Positions 10,076 through 18,057 of a stretch of 64,000 nucleotides of DNA are shown piece by piece. This stretch comes from Bdellovibrionaceae bacterium UBA2339 (GTDB taxonomy: Bacteria; Bdellovibrionota; Bdellovibrionia; Bdellovibrionales; JAMPXM01), in assembly GCA_002344785.1 (NCBI GenBank), contig DDUL01000006.1:2534-66533 (forward strand), given 5' to 3'. The notes under the pieces were generated by a model. It did no database searches. It saw only the letters and a program-made list of their open reading frames with translations, and had not been told where the DNA came from. The position numbers and the translations under genes are program-made. The first letter of the stretch is position 1. Every line of letters begins with the position of its first letter.

Positions 10076-10536
10076 CGTGCCTCGCAGCGAAAGCGAATCC
10101 AGGCTTCCACATCGGGCCGACAAGTTCCGCAACTTGTACTGGCCGTCGTCGCACGTGAAACTTCACGTGGCGAATGACAGCCCGACACAACGGCCCGATC
10201 AACCTGAGCCGTCGTGACCACTCGACAATGACACATTTCAGTTTCCGCAAATGGCGGCGTGAACTGATCGCGAAGCTTCAGCGACACTTCGCGAACAAAC
10301 ATCTCGGCGTGGCCTCGCCCTTCGGGCCCCTCAAGGACTTGACCTGCTCGCAAACAGTCTTGAATCCAAACTTGCAAAGCTTGGCGAACCTCGGAGCAAA
10401 TCACCGCCATTCGCAACTCCATCGCCTGCAAGCGCGGCGATGAGGTTTGCGACTCCCAACGCGCCTCGATCTCGACCTGATCGCGGCCCAGCCAGTCCAC
10501 TTCGATGTTTTTGATATGCGCGGGCGGAACTTGCAT
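10072..10536 (-). CDS. protein with C-terminal BFD-like [2Fe-2S]-binding domain
   Basis: 154 aa. The C-terminal MCHCRVVTTAQVDRAV...STSCGTCRPDV has the same CxC...CxxC pattern. The N-terminal roughly 95 aa is unrecognised. The stop overlaps the bfd stop by 4 nt in convergent orientation. Confidence 0.6.
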   Translation of the reverse strand: MQVPPAHIKNIEVDWLGRDQVEIEARWESQTSSPRLQAMELRMAVICSEVRQALQVWIQDCLRAGQVLEGPEGRGHAEMFVREVSLKLRDQFTPPFAETEMCHCRVVTTAQVDRAVVSGCHSPREVSRATTASTSCGTCRPDVEAWIRFRCEAR

Positions 10537-10758
10537 AGCCTACCTTGAGTTGCCGTTAGGCCTATCGATCTTGAAGGTTCAGCAGTGGGTGCGTGAACAT
10601 TCCACGCCCTACTCAAAGCATGGAACAACACACACTTTGACTCAAAGACTTTCGGCTCGCCACAAAGCCAAGCGGCGTCTAGACTTGGGTCGAAGAGCTG
10701 CATCGCTTTTGACCCACGGATCAGGACCAGAATTTATGCGCAAAAAAGAAGGCCTTCG

Positions 10759-11757
10759 ATGAATCCACGCTGGAGCGGCGCTGCTCTCGTCTTGGCCTTG
10801 GTGCTACTTTCCCACGCGGCAATCTTCATCCGCATGGCCGAAGCCCACGCGCTCGCAATTCTGTTTTGGCGACTGCTGATGGCCTGGCCCATCATGGCCC
10901 TCATCGTCTTCAATGAAGTTCGCTCGTCCACAAAATCGAACTCCGAAGCGCCAATCAGCAAGTTGCCCCCGACCCATGCTCACCCTCATGGGCCACCTCG
11001 TGCGCCACTCTTGAACCTTGCCGATCGCTTCGCGATCTGGTCAGCCGGTGTTTTGCTCTTCATTCACTTTGTGAGTTTCTTCGTGGCCGTCCAGCGCACA
11101 AGTGTGGCCGCCAGTAACATTTTGTTCACGCTGAACCCCGTCACCACGGCCGCAGGCGCCTGGCTTCTCCATCGACATGGCCTGCAACTTCGCTTGGCGG
11201 CCTCGATGGCACTTGGAATTTTGGGCGTGCTCGCACTCTTTGGTCCATGGCTATGGAGTGAAAGTTCCGCGTTTGATCTGTGGGGCGGATTGATGGGGGT
11301 CCTCAGCGCCGTGAGCTTTTCGGCGTACCTACTCACCAGTCGACAAGTTCGCCGACGCTTGAGCAATCCTCGGTTCACACTTGAGCTATGGTCTGTGGCG
11401 CTGATCCTCGCTGGCGTCAGTATGCTGCTCTTCAACGTCCCCTTCTTTGGCTACTCCGAAAAAACTTGGTGGGCCTTCTTGGCTCTGGCTTGGCTTCCGA
11501 CTCTCCTCGGACACGCGATCTTCACTTGGTGTTTGAATCACTTTGATATCAACGCGCTCAGTTGCGCCACACTCAGCGAACCCATCATCGCCGCCGCTGT
11601 CGCCTACTGGCTCTTCGGTGAAAATTTGAGTTTCGCCGAGGTCTTGGCGTTCCTGCTCACTTCCGCCAGCATCGCGCTTCTCACTTGGCCTTGGTTGCGC
11701 GGCCAATGGCATCGACGCCTCGGCGCAATCCGATCTCGATCCGAAGCTCAACATTAG
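10759..11757 (+). CDS. EamA/DMT-family transporter
   Basis: 332 aa with about 10 hydrophobic helices in two halves, the typical DMT layout. There is a Pro/His-rich loop insertion after TM2. Confidence 0.7.
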   Translation: MNPRWSGAALVLALVLLSHAAIFIRMAEAHALAILFWRLLMAWPIMALIVFNEVRSSTKSNSEAPISKLPPTHAHPHGPPRAPLLNLADRFAIWSAGVLLFIHFVSFFVAVQRTSVAASNILFTLNPVTTAAGAWLLHRHGLQLRLAASMALGILGVLALFGPWLWSESSAFDLWGGLMGVLSAVSFSAYLLTSRQVRRRLSNPRFTLELWSVALILAGVSMLLFNVPFFGYSEKTWWAFLALAWLPTLLGHAIFTWCLNHFDINALSCATLSEPIIAAAVAYWLFGENLSFAEVLAFLLTSASIALLTWPWLRGQWHRRLGAIRSRSEAQH

Positions 11758-11758
11758 G

Positions 11759-12496
11759 GTGAACATGCACATTCAGACACTTCGCTGCCTCAAAGACAAT
11801 TGGACCTTCGTGGTGGAACATGGCGATGCCCGTGTCGTGATTGATCCGGGCGAGTTCACGCAGGAATTAGAGCTTCGCCTCGCCAACAAACAGGTCCAAG
11901 CTGTCTTGCTCACTCACCATCATCATGACCACATCGGTGGCGTTGAAGATCTGCTGCGAGCCCACCCCGAGACGCGAGTTTTCGCATCGGCTCGAGACGT
12001 GCAAAGACTCAAGTTCCTCAATCAAGCACCGCTCCAGTTCGACGAATTCAAAGCCGCACTCGGCGCTGAAATTCAATTTCAGCACCACGCCATCCCAGGG
12101 CACACGCAAGGACAAGTCGCCCTGATGTTTCGCGATGCCAGCGGCACGCCGTCCCCCCTGAACATGTTTGTCGGCGACACGCTCTTTGCGTTCGGTTGCG
12201 GGCGCTGCCTCGAAGGAACTCCGGAAGAACTCTTTCAGAGTCTGCAGTTCATCAAGTCGCGCCCGCCTGAAACTTTGATTTACTTCGGCCACGACTATGA
12301 GGTCCGCAATGCCGAGTTCTGGAAAACTTGGCGCGACGAAGCCGGCCCAAGCTTGGTTTCCGACGCGGACTTAAGCTCCGCACAACCTGGACGCGCCTTT
12401 GCTCGGCTCGATTTTGAAATGCAACGCAATCCCTTCCTCAAGCTTCGCGACGTCGAAAGCTTTCGACTCTGGCGCGACCGACGCAATCACTTTTGA
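11759..12496 (+). CDS. gloB: hydroxyacylglutathione hydrolase (glyoxalase II), MBL fold
   Basis: LLTHHHHDHIGG (HxHxDH), GHTQGQV, GDTLFAFGCGR, and C-terminal NPFLKLRD. The start is GTG 11759 or ATG 11765. Confidence 0.85.
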   Translation: MNMHIQTLRCLKDNWTFVVEHGDARVVIDPGEFTQELELRLANKQVQAVLLTHHHHDHIGGVEDLLRAHPETRVFASARDVQRLKFLNQAPLQFDEFKAALGAEIQFQHHAIPGHTQGQVALMFRDASGTPSPLNMFVGDTLFAFGCGRCLEGTPEELFQSLQFIKSRPPETLIYFGHDYEVRNAEFWKTWRDEAGPSLVSDADLSSAQPGRAFARLDFEMQRNPFLKLRDVESFRLWRDRRNHF

Positions 12497-12858
12497 TCGC
12501 GTTCGCTGTATTTCAAATTCGATCCGCGCGCTAAATCGACGGGATATTTGAGCGCGTTTTTTGCGAGCTTGCGCCGGAAGGCTTGCGACAAATCCACGTT
12601 GGCTCGACTTGAAAATCTCAAAAGGAAAAACAGCACATCGGCGAGCTCATCTTCAATGGCTTCTCGCCTTTCACTTTGCGAAAGCAAGGCGCTCGATTCC
12701 TCGTCAGTTTTGAAACGGAACATCTGCAGCAACTCATTGCTCTCTGTACTCAGACCGATCGCCAGGTCTTTGAGACCGTGAAACTGATCCCAATCGCGGT
12801 CCTGGCAAAATTGATCCGCCAGCATTTGCAATTCCGCAAGTCGCTTGTCGTCTGCCAT
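12487..12858 (-). CDS. MazG-like nucleotide pyrophosphohydrolase (single-domain, DCTPP1-like)
   Basis: Start at ATG 12858 (MADDKRLAELQMLADQF...). All-alpha NTP-PPase motifs ESNELLQMF and EDELADVLFFLL are present. The longer ORF-track version (to 13224) would overlap cysQ and is rejected. Confidence 0.8.
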   Translation of the reverse strand: MADDKRLAELQMLADQFCQDRDWDQFHGLKDLAIGLSTESNELLQMFRFKTDEESSALLSQSERREAIEDELADVLFFLLRFSSRANVDLSQAFRRKLAKNALKYPVDLARGSNLKYSERDQK

Positions 12859-12859
12859 G

Positions 12860-13861
12860 TTACCTTTTCTCCTCTCGAGCGCGATCGCGCTCCGATTTGA
12901 TTCGCGACGCCTCGGCCACAATTTCAGAAGCGCGTTCGGCGCTCCGAAGCGCCAGAAATCCGCCTCGATTTTCCCAGTCCGATTTAAAATAGGTGAGGCG
13001 CTTTTGCGTGGAGAGATCCCAAAGCCCGCCGCCTGTGGCCTCGAGCAGCGCTTGCCCTGCGGCCGTGTCCCATTCGGACGTTGGACCAAAGCGCGGATAA
13101 ACTTCCGCATCCCCCATCGCAAGACGTGCAAATTTGATCGCTGAGCCCAAGCGCTCCACCGGCGGATTTTCGCCAAGGCCAAGATGTGTCGAAAGGGCCT
13201 GCAGCCTCTCGATCGCCATGCCACGCGAACCCAGCACGCGCCACTGTGCCGGCAAAGCTAAGCGGCTTTGTTGTGACCAAACCCCATTGCGTCGCGACCA
13301 CAACTCCTGGGTTTGCACCCAGCCGATCCACACTTCATCGGTCGGCGGATGCCAAATCAAGCCAAACTCCGGCGAGTATTGGCCATCATCCCGACGACGA
13401 AGCTCACCGGCGACAATTGCAAAACTCAACTCACCGCGAATCAAATCGCGCGTGCCATCGAGAGGGTCAATGAGCCAAAAGTTCTCACGTTGAGTCTTGA
13501 GACATTCCTCGGCGGCGGGTCGCGTGAGAGCTTCTTCAGAAATCAAGTGGTCCCATTTGAGCTTCGCAAATTCCTCATGGGCCGCTAAATCGGCCGAAGT
13601 CACAGGCGAAGAGTCAGACTTCAATTGAACTTGTAAGTCGCCGCGAGAACGGACGTCTTCGATGCGCCGTGCGGCCTGTTCTGCCGCCTCATAAATCCTT
13701 CTTTGCTCGAAAGTCAGGCGATCAAAAGGTGGCTCGGATGGACGGCCCAAAGACGCCCCCGAAGTCGGCCCCGAATGAGTTTTTGGCGCTCCTGAAAACA
13801 CATTTGAAGACGACATTAGAGACTCGAATCCATCAGCACTTCCCGACTCACGATGATGCAC
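12860..13861 (-). CDS. cysQ: 3'(2'),5'-bisphosphate nucleotidase (inositol monophosphatase family)
   Basis: WLIDPLDGTRDLI and GSAIKFARLAMGDAEVYPRFGPTSEWDTAAGQALLEATGG are CysQ-type motifs. The N-terminus is about 50 aa longer than usual, so the true start may be internal. The stop lies 1 nt from the mazG-like start. Confidence 0.8.
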   Translation of the reverse strand: MHHRESGSADGFESLMSSSNVFSGAPKTHSGPTSGASLGRPSEPPFDRLTFEQRRIYEAAEQAARRIEDVRSRGDLQVQLKSDSSPVTSADLAAHEEFAKLKWDHLISEEALTRPAAEECLKTQRENFWLIDPLDGTRDLIRGELSFAIVAGELRRRDDGQYSPEFGLIWHPPTDEVWIGWVQTQELWSRRNGVWSQQSRLALPAQWRVLGSRGMAIERLQALSTHLGLGENPPVERLGSAIKFARLAMGDAEVYPRFGPTSEWDTAAGQALLEATGGGLWDLSTQKRLTYFKSDWENRGGFLALRSAERASEIVAEASRIKSERDRAREEKR

Positions 13862-13973
13862 GTCACCTCAGCTCCCGCTGTTTGGAACAAAGGCTCAGCG
13901 ATGGAAGGCTTGGGGGTTGCCAATCAACATCTCCTCCGCTACACCTAGTCTCCACAATTGAATTGTCCAATCA

Positions 13974-14048
13974 GGGCGCGTAACTCAGCGGTAGAGTACC
14001 ACCTTCACACGGTGGGAGTCAGAGGTTCAAGTCCTCTCGCGCCCACCA
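13974..14048 (+). tRNA. tRNA-Val (anticodon CAC)
   Basis: Folded by hand into a cloverleaf. Acceptor GGGCGCG/CGCGCCC, D stem ACTC/GAGT, anticodon stem CCACC/GGTGG with loop TTCACAC. The variable loop is 5 nt, the T arm is AGAGG-TTCAAGT-CCTCT, the discriminator is A, and CCA is encoded. Confidence 0.93.
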
Positions 14049-14093
14049 AGTTTCTCCTTGATCGACTTGCCACCAAAACTTGCCCGCCAAAAC

Positions 14094-14969
14094 CTACGAA
14101 GACTTTTCTGAACTCATCCAACGATGGATCCAGGATGATGTGAATTCCGTAGTCAGCGGCAAGAGCGCCACCGCATAGGCCCAGAAGAAGTTGATTTCCA
14201 AAAACCACCAGACGCTGGCATGAAATCCGAGCGCGAGAATCGCCGCCACTGGCCGAGCCCTACGCGACCAAAGCGCCCAGCCGACACTCACTTCAAAGAG
14301 CAAAATCCCGCTCGCCGCCAACATCCAAATTGGCGACTCCCAGCTGCTTTCACGAAGCCACAAATTGATGGCCGACTCAGCTCGTGGAGTCAGTCGGTGG
14401 AACTCCTGAAATGCCACCCACAGACGTTCACCATCAACCCAGTCGGCGCCGTACACGCGAAGCTTCTCTACGGCCGCCAAAAAGTAAGTCAGCCCTGTGA
14501 TTCCAGAAATGCACTGTAGCAGGGAGGCCGAATGTTCTTCGGCTCTCGACCATAGTGTTGCAACCCCAAGCACGAGAAGTGGCAGCACATGCACATGCGA
14601 ATGATAGCCGTGAATGGGGTGATAGGAGATCGAAGCCCAAAGTCCCGCCAACAAGGTGACGGCGATCAGGGCCATGAGCATCCAAAGCTGGCGTCGGACT
14701 TGATCGATCAGCGCGGCGCTCAAAAGAAAAAATGCAAGCGCGTGCAAACCCGCGCCTTGCCCCTCAGCCACCCAAGTCCATCCTAGACTTCGCAAGAATG
14801 GATTCACGCGCTCCATCGAGGGCGGCGCCCCCGTCGTCACCAAAACAATGAGCCAAGCACCAAGAACCCAAACCCGAGGATCTTGAAGCTCGGCCATCAG
14901 CTTCGATCGGAAGACGGAAAAAAATCCTGGCGGCGACGCGGATGCCGATGCCGACTGCAAAGGCGTCAT
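14094..14969 (-). CDS. polytopic membrane protein (weakly HTTM/DoxX-like)
   Basis: Start at ATG 14969 (MTPLQSAS...), forming an ATGA overlap with the upstream gene's stop. About 8 hydrophobic helices. The segment LTYFLAAVEKLRVYGADWVDGERLW resembles the HTTM-type Y..aG..Kl....W..G pattern, but only weakly. The longer ORF-track start (15338) is rejected. Confidence 0.55.
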   Translation of the reverse strand: MTPLQSASASASPPGFFSVFRSKLMAELQDPRVWVLGAWLIVLVTTGAPPSMERVNPFLRSLGWTWVAEGQGAGLHALAFFLLSAALIDQVRRQLWMLMALIAVTLLAGLWASISYHPIHGYHSHVHVLPLLVLGVATLWSRAEEHSASLLQCISGITGLTYFLAAVEKLRVYGADWVDGERLWVAFQEFHRLTPRAESAINLWLRESSWESPIWMLAASGILLFEVSVGWALWSRRARPVAAILALGFHASVWWFLEINFFWAYAVALLPLTTEFTSSWIHRWMSSEKSS

Positions 14970-16207
14970 GGCAACTCCTCCTCGCGAAGCAAAATCGTCT
15001 CCGTCGGAGTCACGCGATAAAGTCGGTAAGCCTTCGCCCACTGGCCGGAGGTCTCTCGTTGCCAGCGACGCATTTGCAGAATCAAACTTCGAAGCGCCAC
15101 ATCGTCGCGCTTTTCCCACATCGACGCCAGCACCGGCAGCAAAGTTCGCGGCGCCTCCCGACGGGCCGCCAAAGCATGGCCCTCGGCATCGATGAACTCG
15201 ACGCGATAGAGGCCGATGTTCTCTGAGTCGCGACGATCCGCAAACATCGTGTAACGCACCAGCGGCCAATTGGAGCGCTCTCGCCAAGCCGGCACCAGCA
15301 ACACCGCGAGCGCTCCGACGGCGACGACGCCTCGCCAAGGGCGGCTTCGCAATACTCCGTCGAAGATTTCACAAACACGCTCGCGCCAGCGCTCGACCAC
15401 AAACCAGCCCAGTGGCGAAAAGCTAGCGACCAGCATCAACGCCACAAACTGCGAATAGGCGAACTCTTGCCACCGGAAAAGTACATTCAACGCGCCGAGG
15501 ACGAACCCCTGAACGAGCTGTCGAGCCCGCGCCTCAGGAGCCGTGCGCGGATCTGTGAACATCAAGACCATGTAGAGCAGACCTTCCGTGCCGAACTCAG
15601 GTAAGAACAGCCGCTTCCATTCTGCATCGGGGCTGAGGCTTGCCAGAATCCAACTCATTACGGCCGAGGCGACAAGATACGCTCCGGTCGCGTGAAAACG
15701 CCGAACTCGCCACAATGCCAAGCCGCCGAACACGAGCACAACAAGGCTTGCGATCAATGATCCGTTAAATTGATCACCGCGCACAAACACATCATCGGGA
15801 AAAATGGCGATACTCAGTAAGATCGCAAGACCCGTGGGATTGTAGATGTGCTGATTCTTTGAATTGCGAATCAAGTGCTTGCCGAAAATCGCGAGGCCTC
15901 CCGCAAAGGCGTAGAACCAGGGCAAACGTGAACTGAGAATGATCAAGAGTCCGAGGGCGATGATGAGGGCTGACTTGATTCGATCAAGATTGAAACTCCA
16001 AGTCTGCCGCCAAGCGCGATTCCAGATCAGCTCCAAGATCACGACAGTCAGAATGCAACTTGTGATTTGCACGGGCCCGCGAAGCATCAAACTCAGTGTT
16101 AAGCCAATGCCCAACAGCAAAGTGTGATTGATCAACACAAAGTGCCGCGGATCAATTCCCCGTAGCAATTCTAGGCCACGTATCACTCGGACTTGAAGCG
16201 CACTCAT
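14966..16207 (-). CDS. RnfD/NqrB-like polytopic membrane protein with extra C-terminal TM plus soluble domain
   Basis: 413 aa. [30 protein letters not shown] parallels RnfD [41 protein letters not shown] parallels RnfD/NqrB GAFF(I/M)(L/A)TDPVT. No SGAT-type flavinylation loop is seen. There are ATGA overlaps with both flanking genes. Confidence 0.6.
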   Translation of the reverse strand: [413 protein letters not shown]

Positions 16208-18003
16208 CGTGAACTCCCCGTGCCTTCTTGAATTCTGTGATACGCATTGTGATGAGTCAGCTGAAAGACTTCACGAACACCCTTGCGCCATTGCACCTCA
16301 ACTTCAAATGGCCCTTTGGCGTCACCAAGTCCAAAATGCAAACGCGGATCGGACTGAGAGTTGAAGGTGTTGGTCGGATAAGCCAGTGCAACACGCTTCC
16401 ACCCGTCGGCGCCGCGAAGCTCGACAAGACTTCCCCAAGTGGCAGGACGCCCCGCCCGATTGCGAAGCTCGACGCCGAGCCAATCTCCCACCTGCTGAGT
16501 TTGGTTCACATACAACATGACGGGTGCGGCACGATTGACGACCACTAAGTCCATCCGCCCATCGTGATTGAAATCAAGCGAGGCAACACCGTAACCATCT
16601 TCAAGATCTGTTACGCCTGAGGCGCGCGCATGATCCTCAAAGCGTCCGCCATCCTGCTGAACGAACAAACAGCTCGCTTGGAAGCTTGAGAGTTGGCGTC
16701 TCGCCGTGGACGGATAATCAATGCTCGGATCCAAGGCGCGCAAAAATGCCGGGATGTCGGTGGCCATCGCGCGCGCATGCCAGAGTGAGCCCGCCTGAGC
16801 TTCAGTCGCACCACGACCGCGAAAGCGGCCATTCACCACAAACAAATCCAAACGCGAATCATTATCGAAGTCGGCCCAGCGTCCCGACCACGTCCACCCG
16901 CAGTTTCCCGTTCCTGTAGAGCGCGAAGCATCGAAGAACCCGCCCTCAGAAGATCGAGTCCACAGCACATTGTTATAGGCCATAAACGGAGGCGCAGAGA
17001 TGTTGCCAACGTACAAATCCAACAATCCATCGCCGTTCCAATCGCCGACATCCGTATTCATGCCGTTGAGGCCATGAAAACGCCTTGGGATGTACTGATC
17101 CGTCACGTCGATGAAGCCCTCTGGGCGATTCAACACCAAACGATCAAACTGATAATCATTGGCTTGATAGAAATCCAGTCGCCCGTCCGCATCGACATCA
17201 AAGAGACTAAAGTTGTTGGCGTAGCTACGAGGCAGATGAGCGATGCTGCGATGTGCTTCCGCGGCGGCTCGAAACTTTCCCGTGCCATCCCCCCACAAGA
17301 TCTGACTCTGTCCTCCCGTCTGTGAAAGCCAAGTCGATCGAAGACGCGGAGTTCGTGGAATTTTCTCCCGCAAATCATCTTCGAACCAATAATTCGCAAG
17401 CATCACGTCCAGGTGGGAATCGCCATCCAAATCGCCGACGTTCAGTCCAACCGCATTGGAGCACACGCCGCCAAATGCGTCGGGAATTTCAGCAAACTGC
17501 GGTGGACCAGCTCGCTGAACTTGCACGAACACTTGATGGCATCCATAGCGCGACATCAGCAGATCAGCTCGTCCATCGCCATTGACATCCGCCGCGATCA
17601 CTCGGGAAACCATGTCACCGGCGCTGAGCCGCCAAGCTCGCGTCACATCTTGCCAGCGTCCGCTGCGTGAACCTTGAAAGATCCGCACTCCAACTTCTTG
17701 ATCGGGACTTGTGAGCACCAGATCTAACTCACCGTCCCCATCTAAATCCGCGACAGCGACGGAAGGATAAATCGCATTGAACTCGAGCACGGCCCGAGGT
17801 GCGTGAGGATTCGGAAAAGCCAGTTGGTGAGTGAAGTGCAATCCGCTTGGCGCCGCCATCTCGGCGAAACTCAAATGTGAAACTTGAGCCGGTCTTCGCG
17901 GACCACCTCCGCCCGGCACATCACGAAGCGCTTCGCGCCCCCAAAGAGTGGCAATGAGACTCAAACCCACGAGCGCCGGTAAGAAGATATCGCGTATTGC
18001 CAC
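16204..18003 (-). CDS. CRTAC1-family protein (FG-GAP/VCBS repeats plus ASPIC/UnbV domain), secreted or anchored
   Basis: 599 aa with an N-terminal signal or anchor. At least six D-x-D/N-x-D-G repeats (ADVNGDGRADLLM, GDLDGDSHLDVMLAN, FDVDADGRLDFYQAN, GDWNGDGLLDLYVGN, ADFDNDSRLDLFVVN, LDFNHDGRMDLVVVN). The C-terminal WLGVELR...GSLVELR...NSQSDPRLHFGLG matches an UnbV_ASPIC pattern. GTG start. Confidence 0.85.
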   Translation of the reverse strand: MAIRDIFLPALVGLSLIATLWGREALRDVPGGGGPRRPAQVSHLSFAEMAAPSGLHFTHQLAFPNPHAPRAVLEFNAIYPSVAVADLDGDGELDLVLTSPDQEVGVRIFQGSRSGRWQDVTRAWRLSAGDMVSRVIAADVNGDGRADLLMSRYGCHQVFVQVQRAGPPQFAEIPDAFGGVCSNAVGLNVGDLDGDSHLDVMLANYWFEDDLREKIPRTPRLRSTWLSQTGGQSQILWGDGTGKFRAAAEAHRSIAHLPRSYANNFSLFDVDADGRLDFYQANDYQFDRLVLNRPEGFIDVTDQYIPRRFHGLNGMNTDVGDWNGDGLLDLYVGNISAPPFMAYNNVLWTRSSEGGFFDASRSTGTGNCGWTWSGRWADFDNDSRLDLFVVNGRFRGRGATEAQAGSLWHARAMATDIPAFLRALDPSIDYPSTARRQLSSFQASCLFVQQDGGRFEDHARASGVTDLEDGYGVASLDFNHDGRMDLVVVNRAAPVMLYVNQTQQVGDWLGVELRNRAGRPATWGSLVELRGADGWKRVALAYPTNTFNSQSDPRLHFGLGDAKGPFEVEVQWRKGVREVFQLTHHNAYHRIQEGTGSSR

Positions 18004-18057
18004 GACTCCATCTCAAATCGACTTCGCAAAGTGGTCAAGTCGCAACGAAATCTAAAC

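Noticed and set aside
12859-13224. N-terminal 122-codon extension of the MazG-like ORF (track entry 12487-13224)
   Set aside because: The extension overlaps the well-supported cysQ coding region in another frame and has an Arg/Trp-rich nonsense composition. The MazG-like homology begins exactly at ATG 12858, 1 nt after the cysQ stop.
14970-15338. N-terminal 123-codon extension of the 14094-15338 ORF, plus similar extensions of 29490-30089, 25462-25509, 36800-36925 and 44207-44296
   Set aside because: The extensions overlap the upstream gene or lack any SD. Internal ATG codons give ATGA stop/start coupling or sit behind strong SD sequences and expose proper signal or prepilin N-termini.
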